64,000 bases of DNA, from positions 12,338,001-12,402,000 of the forward strand of contig NC_045713.1 in NCBI RefSeq assembly GCF_009834535.1. The letters run 5' to 3'. The notes beneath the pieces were generated by a model that saw only the letters and a list, made by a program, of their open reading frames with translations, made no database searches and was not told where the DNA came from. The position numbers and the translations under genes were made by a program. Positions 1-12,500 of the stretch are shown here, in pieces; position 1 is the first letter of the stretch, and each line of letters begins with the position of its first letter. Source of the DNA: Camelus ferus. Taxonomy: Eukaryota.

Positions 1-417
1 CTGGGGCTCACGCCTATGAGGCTCCTTTGTGGGCTCTGCTTTCCTGGGGGCAGCTTCCTGGAAGGCTCCAGGCTCCAGGTTCCCAACTCAGACAGGCAGG
101 AGGCAGAGGGGGAAGGGACGAGCAGGAGAGGCCGGGGGAAGGGCCCCCACCCCACACCACAGTCCTCCTCACAGCCGGGAACTCAAGGTGTCCACAGAGC
201 TTCACTTTTCTGGGCTGTTTCCACCAGTGCCTCTGAGGTGGCCATGATCTCAGGCCGGGTTCCCTCCAAAGTCTCAGAGTCTGGAGTCTGGGCCTGGAGA
301 CACCCCTTCCGGTGTCCACAGTCAGCACAGGAACGGCTCACGACAGGAGGGCGCACATGTCAACCTTGGGCCTTCAAACCCGGCACCATGCCAGCTTCTG
401 GGTGAGGGGAGCCAGCC

Positions 418-579
418 TCAGCAGCAGACAGGGCCCAAGGTCTCCTGGGGGCCACCAGCCACCTTCAAGGGCTCGCTGGGGAGGCTCTGCTCCCCGCTCT
501 GTCTGCTGGGTGTCTCCTGGGACGAGCTCCTGGGGGCCCTGGTGGCATTGGCCCGGACAGAGAGGTGATCCCAGCCCCC
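418..579 (-). CDS. TECPR1: TECPR1 last coding exon (GGWDHLS...GPVCC*)
   Basis: tttccttccag acceptor; TGA at 420-418; the 3' UTR runs off the window start. Confidence 0.95.
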   Translation of the reverse strand, partial: GGWDHLSVRANATRAPRSSSQETPSRQSGEQSLPSEPLKVAGGPQETLGPVCC

Positions 580-3500
580 CTGGAAGGAAAAATCGGAGTC
601 ACCTGGGACCACCAGGCGTCCAGGGGCTCTGCCCGGGGCCTCCCATCAGGTCCCCACCGAGACAGCCCTTGGCCTGGAGCCCTAAGCCTGCACCGCTGCC
701 CCATGCCCGGCCCTGCTCACCCCGATGCCGTAGTCCCAGCCCCGCCCCTTGGGCTCATGGGGCTGCACGCCTGTGCGGTGACATACGGTTCCCCGGCTCA
801 GGCTGCGACTTCCCTGGACTTTGTTGGCGATGACCCAGACCTGGAACGCAGACCCCTTGAAGGTCTGGCCCCCCCACCACAGGGGGACCATGGGGACAGC
901 AGCGGGGGAGACCAGAGCAGAACCCGGATCGCCCTGAGTCCCTGACCCCGGAGCCAGCATCCAACCTCCACCCCCATCTCCCCAAACCTGGTCCAGGGGC
1001 CCCACGGACACGCGGCGCACGTTGTTGGACACGTGCTCCCAGCTGGATCCCTGCGGGTAACTGGGCGTGACCCCCTGGCGGTACCACAGGTTCCCTAGGA
1101 GAGAATGGCAAATGCCGTGAGGCTCTGAGCCCCGGGACCTGGCTCAGGGTCTGCAAGGCCCAGAGATCTGAACGCACTGCCTGGGGCTCTCGCCGACCCA
1201 GCTCTGCCATTGCCCCTCCCTCCACCTGGCTTCATTGCTGCCCCCGTGCTGGGCTGGCATCCTTGTCTTCTTTTTACGCGTGAGAAACTGAGAACAAGGA
1301 ATTCTTTAAAGAAATAGAGACCAGGTCTGGAATAAAAGGCCTGGGTTCCAGGCCCAAGTCCGCCCTTTCCTGGCCTTGCTCCTCTGTGACAGCCACAGAC
1401 CAGGAAGGGGCACCCACAGAGCCTGCCTGAGGTGGCGGGGGTGGTCAGGGACGGCCCAGCCAGGCAGATGGCCTCTGCCAAACCCGGCTGTGGGCTCCCA
1501 AGTCACAGGCCTGGGTGGCACCTTCCGGAAGATGCTCCCAGGGCAGGCCTCACCACGCAGTGTCACCCCGGCCTCGGTACTGTGCCCTCTGCCCAAGGCC
1601 CAGGCAGACCTGGGCACCTGGGGCGGGCTGGTGCCCCACATCCGGCATGACTTGGGGGAGGGGCCTATTTGGAGGCTGACCTCGGGCTGGCGGCCTCTCG
1701 TGGGGCTTGCGAAAGTCTCCTGTCAGGCACCTGGGGTGGGCAAGGGTCTTATCCCACTGGGACGCTAACCCAAACCCACCCTGGTGACCACGGGGGATCA
1801 GAAACCACTTGCCGTTTTCATCCAAGGCAAACACTGCCGTGTGCCCCACGGACACCTGTGTCAATCTCTGTTTGGGAGGAGATGGGATGTGGTACCAGCA
1901 ATCACCTGTGACGGGAGATTGGGTTTGGGATCCAACCCGGAAACACCAAACCTGTCACCCAGGTGCCCCTGGAGCACGTGGTCCCCTCTGCAGCTTGCAG
2001 GGCTGGGAGGGTGCAGCTGGCCTCTGTCCCCAGGCCAGCCGGACCACATGTGCAAGCAGACCCAGTGGGGGCCGACCCGTGCCCTGCCCGGGGCCCTCCT
2101 GAGGCCGTGGCAGCTTCAGATGGTGGGTCCAGAGGGACTGAATCCGGAACAGGGAGAGGAAGGGGCCTGGCCAAATACGTGGTGAAGAGCCAGCCTCGGG
2201 GCCACTGTGCAATGCACCACCTCTCTGTCCAGACCTCCGGCCAAGAACAAGCCAGCACGGCCAGGAGGGCGGCCAGGGCGGACGCTGTGGATGGGCCGCG
2301 TGGGGAGCCCCAGGCCTGTCCCCAGGGTGTCGAGGACAGGAAAGGGCAGCCCCACCGCCAGGGCACTGCACCCCCCCAACACCGTTGGTCCCAGTGCAGG
2401 AGGCCAGCCTCGGGGGGGGGAGCCCAGCTTGGTCCCCGCGCCTGGTCCACAGGTGGTGCTCAGTAAGTGTTTGTTGAACTAAATGGAAAATCATGAGTGC
2501 CATCAACCAGCTTCCTGGGAAGCGGAGACACCTGCACCTTCACTTGGCCTGGCCCAGCTGCCTCTTGGCCCCTGTCACAACTCCGCGGTGGCAGGTAGGC
2601 ATCCTCCCGAGGGGTGGCACTCACCAGCCGGCTGGGAGGGGGACACGGAGCCGCGGTAGAAGGCAGACCCGTCCCTTGCCACGGCCCACACCTGGTAGCA
2701 GGCCCCAATGGAGACGGAGGCGAAGGGCTGGTCGGTGCCAACATGCAGCCAGGAGGAGCCCTGGGGGCAGGGGAGGGGCACTCAGGGCCTGCCCAGACCC
2801 GGGAGCTGGCGGCTCCCGACACCCACCTCAGTCTCAGTCCCAACTGCCCACAGGGCCTGAAGACCCCCTTGGGCCACATGCGGTGCCCACAAGTCCCAGG
2901 GACCATCCTGGGCAGGCCAGGGAGGCCTGAGCCCAGCCTGACTCCACTAAAGGGTCCTATTTTGGGAAGAATCCACTAGGGCCCCAAGAGGGCTGGCAGA
3001 ATGGGTGGGCCCGGCACCCATGGAAACAAGGTGCTTACAGCAGGGTTGAGCTCGGACACGCCCAGACGGCACAGCACGTCCCCCTTGTCACTGACGGCCC
3101 AGAGCGCGATGCTGGGCCCACTCCCGTTGGCGCCAGGGCTCTCCGGGATGATGGACACATCTCCGAGGGCGATGGGGGCCACCTCCAGCCAGGGCCCGCT
3201 GGTCACCAGCTTGCATTTTCTGCTGGGCAGAGAGAGAGCAGAGTCCCGGGCACCCTGATGCTAAGTGAGCCTCAGGGCCACCTGTGCTGGACAGAAGGGA
3301 GCTGCCAGGCCCTAGGCCCTGGGCCCTGGGGAGGGGGTCGACGAGCCCGCGAGCACCAGGGGGGCACCAGCCTCCACACCCTCCGCCTCTGCCCTGCCCC
3401 CACCCCCGGCCAGGCCTCCCCTCCCCTCCCGTCCTGCGGGTCCTCTGACAAGCAGAGCCTGCCAATGACATTTCTCTTATTTGTTCTTGAAAACAAACTC

Positions 3501-6500
3501 TTCAGAAACAGCACTGGGAGCCCGAGGGCACTTCCTGGGCTGACATTTACTTTGATCCTGGGCTCTCCTCCCCTGAAACCTCCCCTTCTCTCCACAGGAA
3601 CTGAGGTCCAGGCAGGGAGGTCCGGCCCAGGCCACACCCCGCCCCCTGTACCTCCCTCCATACCTGGCCCAGCACCTCCTCCTGACAAAATCCTTCATGG
3701 TTTTGTACCCGTGGTAGGAGCTGTAAGAGGAAGAAGCAGAAATTGAGACCATTTTGTGGAAGTTTCTGGAAAGTGACATTCTCTCTGCATGCATTACAGA
3801 GCTTGGTGTGAGCTGTGGAGTGGGCTCAGGGCAGCAGGTAACCGCAGGACACCATCCCCCTCCTCAGATTTCTCTAGCTCTGTCTGGGCCTCCCAGGGGC
3901 CAGGGCCTCCCGGGGGCTGGGGTCTCCCTGGGGCAGGGACCTCGGTGGGGCCAGGATATAGCCATTTCTAGCTAAGGGTCCTCTGAGCCCTCCCCACTCC
4001 AGGCCCCATCAGAGCTCTTCTGGGGAGCAGTCGGGCTCGGGGCCTGAGGCTGAAGGGGAGGACCCGTCCAGGAGCCCCCATGAGCCTAGGTCTGCTCAGA
4101 AGCTGTGGCCCGGGCCCCGGCCTGGGCCCTGGCTTGGACTCTGCCCTCCATCTGGACGTGACTCGTGTTCCATGAAGGGCCCACCCTGCTGATACCGTGC
4201 ACCCGATGCCAGGGCCCCCATCTTTGCTGGCTTGTCCCCTACCCTTCCTTTTATAGAAGGTCCCAACACACTGGGTCTCCTGCCTCCCAGGGTGGCCTGG
4301 CCTCACTCCATGTCGCCCCTCCACCCTGACACCCTCCCTGGTGTTGGGAGACCCCTGCCCATCACCTGGGGCCTGGCCAAGAGTCCCCCAAAACCACCCT
4401 GACTCTGGCACCCAAGTCACCTCAGGCTTCCTTGAGCCCCCAGCGCAAGGCACCAGATTCCCTGGCCTCCCAGAACCCATGCCCAGCACAGCGCAGGCAC
4501 ACCTGGGTGCCAAGGGGCCGTGCGCTCCTCCCTCAGCCCACCCCCGCCGGCCAGGTGTGTGGGCTCAGCCTCACCTGGGCCCCCCACGCCTCTCCAGCGG
4601 AGGCGGGCACACAGGGGCCTGCTCCTCGGTGCTTGTGGAGGCCGGAGATGCCCAGGGCTGCGGGGCAGGGGGCAGGGGCTCTGCTGGCTGACCAGGCCTG
4701 CAGCTCGGGGCCCCCACCCCGAGGCCCCCTCCCCCTACAGACAGAGATACTTACGCAGGGAAGTCACTGGCGTACTGCCACCCCTCCTGGTCAGTGCCCC
4801 CAGAAACGCTGAAATCCACGAACCAGTCAGAAACCTGGGGGAGGGGCGGGTCAGCGCGGGGCCTCCCCCTTCTGCAGCCCCCCCCGCCCCCCACCCGGAG
4901 CTCACCCAGGTCCACTGCAGGGATGGGGGCTTCGTGCTGGTCTTGGTGCACTCCTGCAGCCCCGTGGCGTCACTCCACATGTACCGGTCGGTGGGCAGAC
5001 CCCTGCGGAGGACAACGGGGTGAGGTGAGGGGTGAGGTGACGCCAGAGAGAGGAGGCAACAGGCCTGCCCCGCCCAAGCGCCTGGGACATTTGCATCTCC
5101 AGAGGGGTGAGGGGCGGACCCAGAAGTGCCCAGGGATGGGGACGGCCACTGGCTGACCCACATCACGCAGGCCCGGCCTACAAGCACAGCCAGGCCTCCC
5201 ACACGAGGGCTGTGGCAAGTTGTGTGGTCCGGGACCCCTCCCCTCTTTCTCTTGTGACCTGAAAAGACACGAAGCCCTAACCCCAGTACCTGGGAGTGTG
5301 ACCTTATTTGGAAATAGAGTCTTTGCAGACGATCAAATTGAGATGAGACCATCTCTGGGGTGAAGGGGCCTAACCGTCCTTATGGAGAAGGGACACTTGA
5401 ACCCAGGTTTCCCAAATTGGGGAGACGACGTGAAGACACACGGAGAAGGACATGTGACAACGGGAGTGACGCTGCCACCAGCCGAGGGAGTCCCAAGGCC
5501 ACTGGAAGCCAGGAGCAAGGCCAGAAAAGATCCTCGCTCACAGCCCTCAGAAGGCAGCGACCCCGCTGACACCTGCTCTCAGGCCTCGCGGCCTCCCCGC
5601 TGTTTGAGCCGCTCGGCCCGTGGGGTTTTGTCACAGTGGCTCTTGCTGACCGATACACTCGCGGCAGGCTCCGGGTGGCCATGGCCCTGGGGCGGCTGCC
5701 CTCTCTGTGTGGGCTGGGGAGCCCGGGCTGCCTTCCCTCTTCCAAGGACCAAGCAGGGAGTGAGGAGGACGGGGAGATGAAGCGCGCCAGCCTCCCATGT
5801 GGACCCTAGCTACTCACAGCCGATTCGGAAACTTCCAGAACACCCGTAGGCAACATGTATCAGCTGCCTTAGAAGAGCTCAAATCCTGATTTACTGGGGT
5901 GAACAGAGAGAGTCACAAATATTTACACACAAGGAAATCCTTTAACGACAGGGAAAGGTCACCCGCGGTCTACACGTCCGAGACTGAGGAGAGAGGTCAG
6001 AGAGGCCGGGCCCACCCTCAGGGACTGAGCTGGGAGGCCAGCACAGGGCATCTTTATGTGCCTGACTCTGCCCCCCTCCCGCCGGCACACGCCCATACGC
6101 AGCAACGGGCCGGAGGACGTGGACCAGAACGCTAATAGCGGTTACTCTCTCTGGTTGGTGTGATTCGAGTTGATCCTTCACGTTATTTGGTATTTGTTCT
6201 TTCCATCAATTTTGAAAGACCCACAAAAGGAAATTTAAAAGTTTGTGCCATTTATCATACACCAAAAATGTGAAATACCATTTATAAAAAATGTCAAGAC
6301 CACTATAGAGAAAATCACAAGACCTTATTAAGTGGAAATTAAAGATCTACATAAATGGAGGTATAAATTGTGTCCAGATTTTGAAGATTTAGGATTGTGA
6401 CGTAAGGTTTCTACCCAAATCAACACAGATCCAAAGCCATCCTGACCAAGACCCCAGTGCCTTTTGAAGACTGCCTCTGAAACTCATCTAGAAATGATCC

Positions 6501-9500
6501 TGGAATAGCTAAAGCTGGATGAAGAAGATGAGAGGCTTTGACAGCCAGCCATGACAACTTCCCATAGAGGGGTGGCAGCTGGAACAGCACAAGGATGCCC
6601 AGTGGCACACGGAAGAGAAGGGCTTGGGAAGAGCCACTGCCCACGTGGACACTTAAGACAAAGGTGGCCATTGTGATGCAATGGAGAAGGACAGTCTTTT
6701 CAAAAAAATGGTGTGGGTCCCTGGACAGTGAAAACCCAACAGCACCTGACCCCTACCAAATGGGACTATATAACAGAGGGTTCAGGCCGGGGGCAGGGGG
6801 CCTCTAGATCTAACTGGACAAGACAGAGGAATAAACAAACCATGACCCTCAGGCCTGTTTTGACACAGCCTACAAGCTGAGGGTGGTTTTTACATTTTAA
6901 AATGGTTGGGAAAAAATCAAAAGAAGTATAATGCTTCGGGACATGTGAAAATTCTATGCAGTTCAAATTTGTGTGCAGGTATAATGTCTTATTGGGCCAC
7001 AGTGATGCTGATTTGTTCATATGCTTTTTTCAGGCAACAGCTGCAGAGTGTGTCGTGGTGAGAGGGGCCCTAGGGCCCAGGACACCTGAACCATTTACTG
7101 TCTGGTCCTTTATAGAAAAAGTTTGCTGACTGCTGTTCCAGAGATGGGAGTTTACCCCAGGGTTAATGAGATTTCTCAAGAGAATTTTTTAAAGGCCCTA
7201 ACTTTATGTAAAAAAACAGGATGAGCAAGAGGACTACATTTAATAATTAAAAGTCATCACTAACAGGGTGAGAAGCAAGCTGCAGAACAGGAGACGTAAC
7301 AAAGGGCTCACACCTTCATATGTAAAGAGCACTAGCAAATCAAGAAACAGAGATCATCCAAGCAAAACACAGGACAGGGACCTGAAGGAGCATTTCACAA
7401 AGGAGGGCATCCAAGTGCCAGTACATGTATGAAATGTGCTCGGCCTTGTTAACCCCCAGGACACAGAAGGTAGAAGAGGGAGATACTGCTGCACTCTCAC
7501 TAACGTGGCTAAAACACAAGAAACCAGCAAAGACGTGGGGCATGCCCTGCCCGTGAGAGTGTGGACGGTACACCCACTGTGGAGAACTGGCTGTTCCAGC
7601 ACCAACTGGGTGGACTGCAACACCAGTCTGTCCCCACAAGTTAAAGGGCACAGCCCCCACTTCAGACACCAGTCACACTGCATTTCTGGCTACAAATTCT
7701 GGGGTTCACATTACCTCCTAGATATTGCTGCAACCACTCAGGAAAGCTCCCTAATTAGGATCATAGTTTCATTATAAAGGATATGAAACAGGGCCCATTG
7801 AAAGAAGAGAACCACAGTCAGGGTCTGGGAGGAGCCCCCGACACTGGGCTGGGATGAGTCTCAAGTTTGAGAACCACTGCTCTGGCCGGCCCAAAGCCTT
7901 CCAGTGGGCTCTAAAGCTAAGAAATACCGCAAGTTGCTTACTTTCTAAAACAAACAAAATACCCCAGGACAGGGTAATGAAAAATATGTTTCTGTGCTGA
8001 GTGGGCAGAAAAGAAAAACTGCATATAGTTTAGATTTTATAGTGTCCCTGCTTCTGCCCTAAACCTAGCATATTGACTATTGCGTCCCTAAGCCTCACAT
8101 TTGGAGAATGAAAATAATTTTGGTGGAGGCTACGGTAATTGGTGGAGTTTAAATTCAGCAAAACTTTAACAGAAACTTAAGTAACTACCGGCCACCCCCA
8201 CCCAAAAAGCGCCAGAGGGCATGGGGAGGGGGTGGCAGTGTTCTATTTCTTGACCCGGGTAGTGATCACACTGAAGTTTGACTTGTGGTAACTCAATGAT
8301 GTAAATAGAGCCGTATCTGTTACACATAGATTTACAGGTTATACATTTACACGTGTATTTATAGACACACAGACACATCTCACCACACACATGCATGTTT
8401 CATGCATTCTATGCATGTGACGTCTCTCAATGAGTTATAAACACGTGTTATACTTAAACGTTCAAGGAAAAAGTCCTGTAAGTGGTAAGATCCAGTTAGC
8501 TCCCCATCGGGGGCCGCACGCCAGCTCTCATGCTACGCGGGACGTGGCTGTACCCCTCGGGCATGTTTCCGTGGGCGCCCGAGCCGCTCACCTGCTGGTG
8601 TAGCCGGTGACGGGGTTCCAGCGCTGGTTCTCATAGATGTAGACGCACTTGACGTCCGACTGTGTGTAGATGTTGCTGGTGCTCCTGGCCAGGCCTGCGG
8701 GGAGAGGAGGCTGCCAGACCCGCCCCTGCCCTCCGGGCACTCGGGCTTCTGCGTGAAGCACCCCGGGACCCGGAGAGTGGATGGGGAGGGTGGGTTTATC
8801 TCACAGGGGCTGGCCAGCTTGGGTTTCTCTTCTCTGGGAATATCCCGGGGTTGCACAACCTGGATGGACGAGCCTGCGGTGCACTGAACCCCCAGCTCCA
8901 TGCTTGGTGGCACCTCCTCCCCCATTCCCATCCCACTTACCTGGTGGTGGGCAGGTGAGAGGCCCACCCAGTCACTCCTGACTAACAAAGGTGCCTTGGA
9001 CCACTCACATTACCCCTCTAAGCCCTACTTTCCTCATTTGGGAGATGGAGACTAAAGGTAATTCCTGCCTCACAAACGGAAGCTGTTAAGCCACCACAGA
9101 CGTGCGTCCCTGTGGTCTTAGTGGACCACAGTTCTACAGGGTTAGCCCCCCTCATTGTGGGGCGTGTGAGCTGTGACATGGAATGTCCCACTTCAGCATT
9201 TGATTCTGCCTCCATTTACCAATAGAAGGCACAGGGACCCTGCCTCTTAGAACTCAGGGAGTCCACCTGGGTTCAGCAAGCTCTTGGCCCCTAAGGCACG
9301 ACCCATCTAAAGGGGGGCTGGAATTCAGGCCTGGGAATCAGGAGACTGGGGTCCTACAGCTTCCCCAACTTCCCCTGAGGCCTCGTCTGTGAAATGAGGG
9401 CCCTGGAAGCTGTCTTTCTAGAATCCTCAGGGCATCTGGCACAGCTGTTGGGTGCCCAGAAGGTAGATCAGAAGCGAGGCCTGGTCTCTCGGCTCTCACA

Positions 9501-12500
9501 CCTTGTGAGCTGGTCCCAGGACTTTGAAGGCTGGCAGTGGTGAAGGTCACCTGTCAGGCAGCTGTCAGCTGAGCGTCAACACTGAGGTGGCGACTCTGGC
9601 ATGGGGCAGGGAAGCCAGCCGGGGTTGAGGGGGACAGCCCGGTAGGCGTGGCTCAGGGAGCGGGTCCTGCCACCCTCACCTTGGAAGCAGCCTCCGCCGT
9701 AGCCGCCCGTGTACACCCAGGCCGTGTGGTCGTAGCCAATGCCCCACACCACGCCCCGGCTGTTGGCCTCCACCAGCCGCAGGTGACCTCCCATCTGTCG
9801 CCAGAACCTGGAGGAGAGAGGAGGGTGGGGAGAAATGCATCTAGCAGGACTTTCCAGCCTTCTACCCCGCTTTGCCCCGTGGCCTCCCAGGGACCTCTGT
9901 TTCACTCATCTTCAGCCTCCAAATGATAGACTTTATTAAGGACAAGGGAACCTGCTTGGCTTTCCATCGGCTATTAATCAGCGAAGGCAGCTGAGAGCCA
10001 CGCAGGAGATGGTCAGGCCCCTGCGGGCAGGGCTTCAGGAGCCCCTGATCCCTGGAGCTGGGCGGACAGGGTCCAGGTCAGTGGCCCAAGTTTCACCCTG
10101 CCCTGTGGGGCCAGGGTCGGCCGGTCACGGTAGAGCAGAATGAGCCCCTCCATGGGCCGGCAGACAGCAAAGATGTCAGTGACAGGCTGTGCGGTGACAG
10201 CATGGCCTCCTGGCTCACCCTCTTGCAGGCGGAGGCCCTGCAACTGCCCCCAAATGCGACTTGTCCAACTAGGCACCGGGCACACAGGGCCGCCAAAAGC
10301 AGACAAAGGTCAGACATCCACCTTCCCTCCCTTCCTGTGTGGGGCCTCCTGGCCTTTCCTATGCTCCTCTGGTCCTCATGGGCTCTGGGGACAGTGTCAG
10401 GACAGAATCAGGAACGCTGAGTCCTCTGCTGGGTCCCCTTCCACTTCCCCAACCAAAATGCCAGGCACCCCAGGACTCTGCTCACACTGGCCCCGACAGG
10501 TGGCCCCACTCCATCTTGTGATTTTAATGCTGCCTGCAGAGCCACGCCTGCCTCACCCCTCAGCACACAGTGAGGGTCCGTGTGCCCCCTGGGGACCGTT
10601 GCCAAATGGGCCCAGGAAGACTCGAAGCCTGGGAACCAGCCAGCCAGTGGGAACCCAGCTCGGGCGGGGTGGCCAGGCCCCAGCCCCATAGGGAATGCAG
10701 CCCACTCACATCTGGTCGCAGGGCAGCAGGCGCTCGGGGGCCTCCAGGTCCGGGCTGGGCTCGCTCACGAAGATGTCCCCCTTGCAGGTGACGGACCAGA
10801 TGGCCTGCGGGGAGGGGCGGCCATGGACCCTCCGGCTCTCGCAGCAGGACAGGTTGAGCAGGGCAAGCTGACAGGGGCACGGGCTGGTCAGCGCTGGGAA
10901 GGGGTTGGCCAGCAGCCTGGCTGGGCAGCTCCCTGTCCCCGGGCTGAGGGACCCCGTCCACTCACCCAGTCGCTCATGTCCTGCTCGGTGGCGGCGGCCA
11001 GGCGCACAGGCCACCTCTGCTGCGTCCTCTCGGGGGTGTACAGGGCGAAGGAGTGCTTGGCCTCGTGCAGCATGGGGACCAGCGCCGTGACCTCGTTGAG
11101 GAACACGTGGACATACTGTTCACAGAGGCCAGGGGCACGGCTGTCACGGGCAGAGCAGGGGCCTGCGGGGCTGGGGGCACTGTGGGCCTCTGGGCAGAGC
11201 CCCCGCGTGGTGGATGGACAGGGCTGGCCTGGGGGCTCCTGATTCCAGATGTGGTCTCGGGGGCCCCCGAGGTTTGGTGCTCAGTGGGCAGGTTCCAGTG
11301 TGGAGGCCTCATTCGTGAGCAAAAGCCTTAGAGATGTTTTTGATGTTGACAAGGGCACTTAGAACCAGATGGACTGGGTTCAAGCCCCAGCCCCAGAGGG
11401 GTGGGCAGCTCGGCCTCCCCGAGCCTGATTTCTCCTCTGGAACACGAAGGCCTGTCAGCAGCTGGGAGTGAAGCTGGCACACACCTGCCCGCCACGGACC
11501 GGCCCGGGATGCCGCTACCATGGGCCAGCGCTCTGCAGACGCCGCACACGGTCCTGGGCCGAGCACCTTGGGGCCAGTGTCTCAGGGCCATCCCTGCACC
11601 CCCTCCTGTGGGCTCTCCTTCCCCAGACCTCCCACTGCTGCTCCTCCCCCTGTGGCGTCCCCCCACCTTCTTCTCCTCGTGGACCGCGTAGTAGATGAAG
11701 AGGATGCTGTCCCGAGCCCCGTCGTGCCCCATGAACTGCTCCAGGGCCACTCGGACGTCCACCCACTTGTGCGGTTTCCAGTCACACCACCACTGCAGGG
11801 CCCCCGTCTTCACCCACACCGACTGCGGCACAGACCCCAGGGGGCGAGGGGACAGAGTCACAACTGGGCCCCCAGATTCCAGCCCAGTTCCCAGCACCCC
11901 AGGGCCACCCTGGCCCCCAGTCCCTTCACTGCCTCACTGGGGGCTCCCTCCTGGCACTCCCAACTCCCCCTCTTCACCCTAAGGACTAAAGTGATGCTTT
12001 CAGACCCCTGACAGGTACTGAGCCTGGAGCCAGTGAATTCTCTGAATAACTTCCTGGTTCAGTCTGCAGGATCGGTTCTGTTACCCTATGCTGGGGATGG
12101 GGAAACTGAGGCCCAGGGAAGTTCTGGGCCTGGCCCAGGGTCACAGTGAGTCAGCAGCAAAGCTGGGACCCACTCCTGGCCTGCCAGTCTCCAGAGGCTC
12201 AATCCTGTGCCACCAGCCAAGATGCGGCCAGGTTCTCTGTGCCTGGGACACCGTGGTGCCTGAACTTGTAGGTTCTTGTAAATTTTTCTTCCTTGAATCT
12301 ACAAGGGCCTCCAGGGATGGCTTTACATCCCAGACGGCCACACCGAGGGATGGATGCACCCCTCTTCTTTCTCCTACCCATCTCGGGGCGGGCGTCCAGC
12401 AGGCACTCAGTGAATGCCGGTGGGAAACAGCCCACCTGCTCCACGGCCTGCTCATAGTGTCGGAAGTTCTCCAGCTCGCGCTTGGTCCTTTCCGTGAGCT

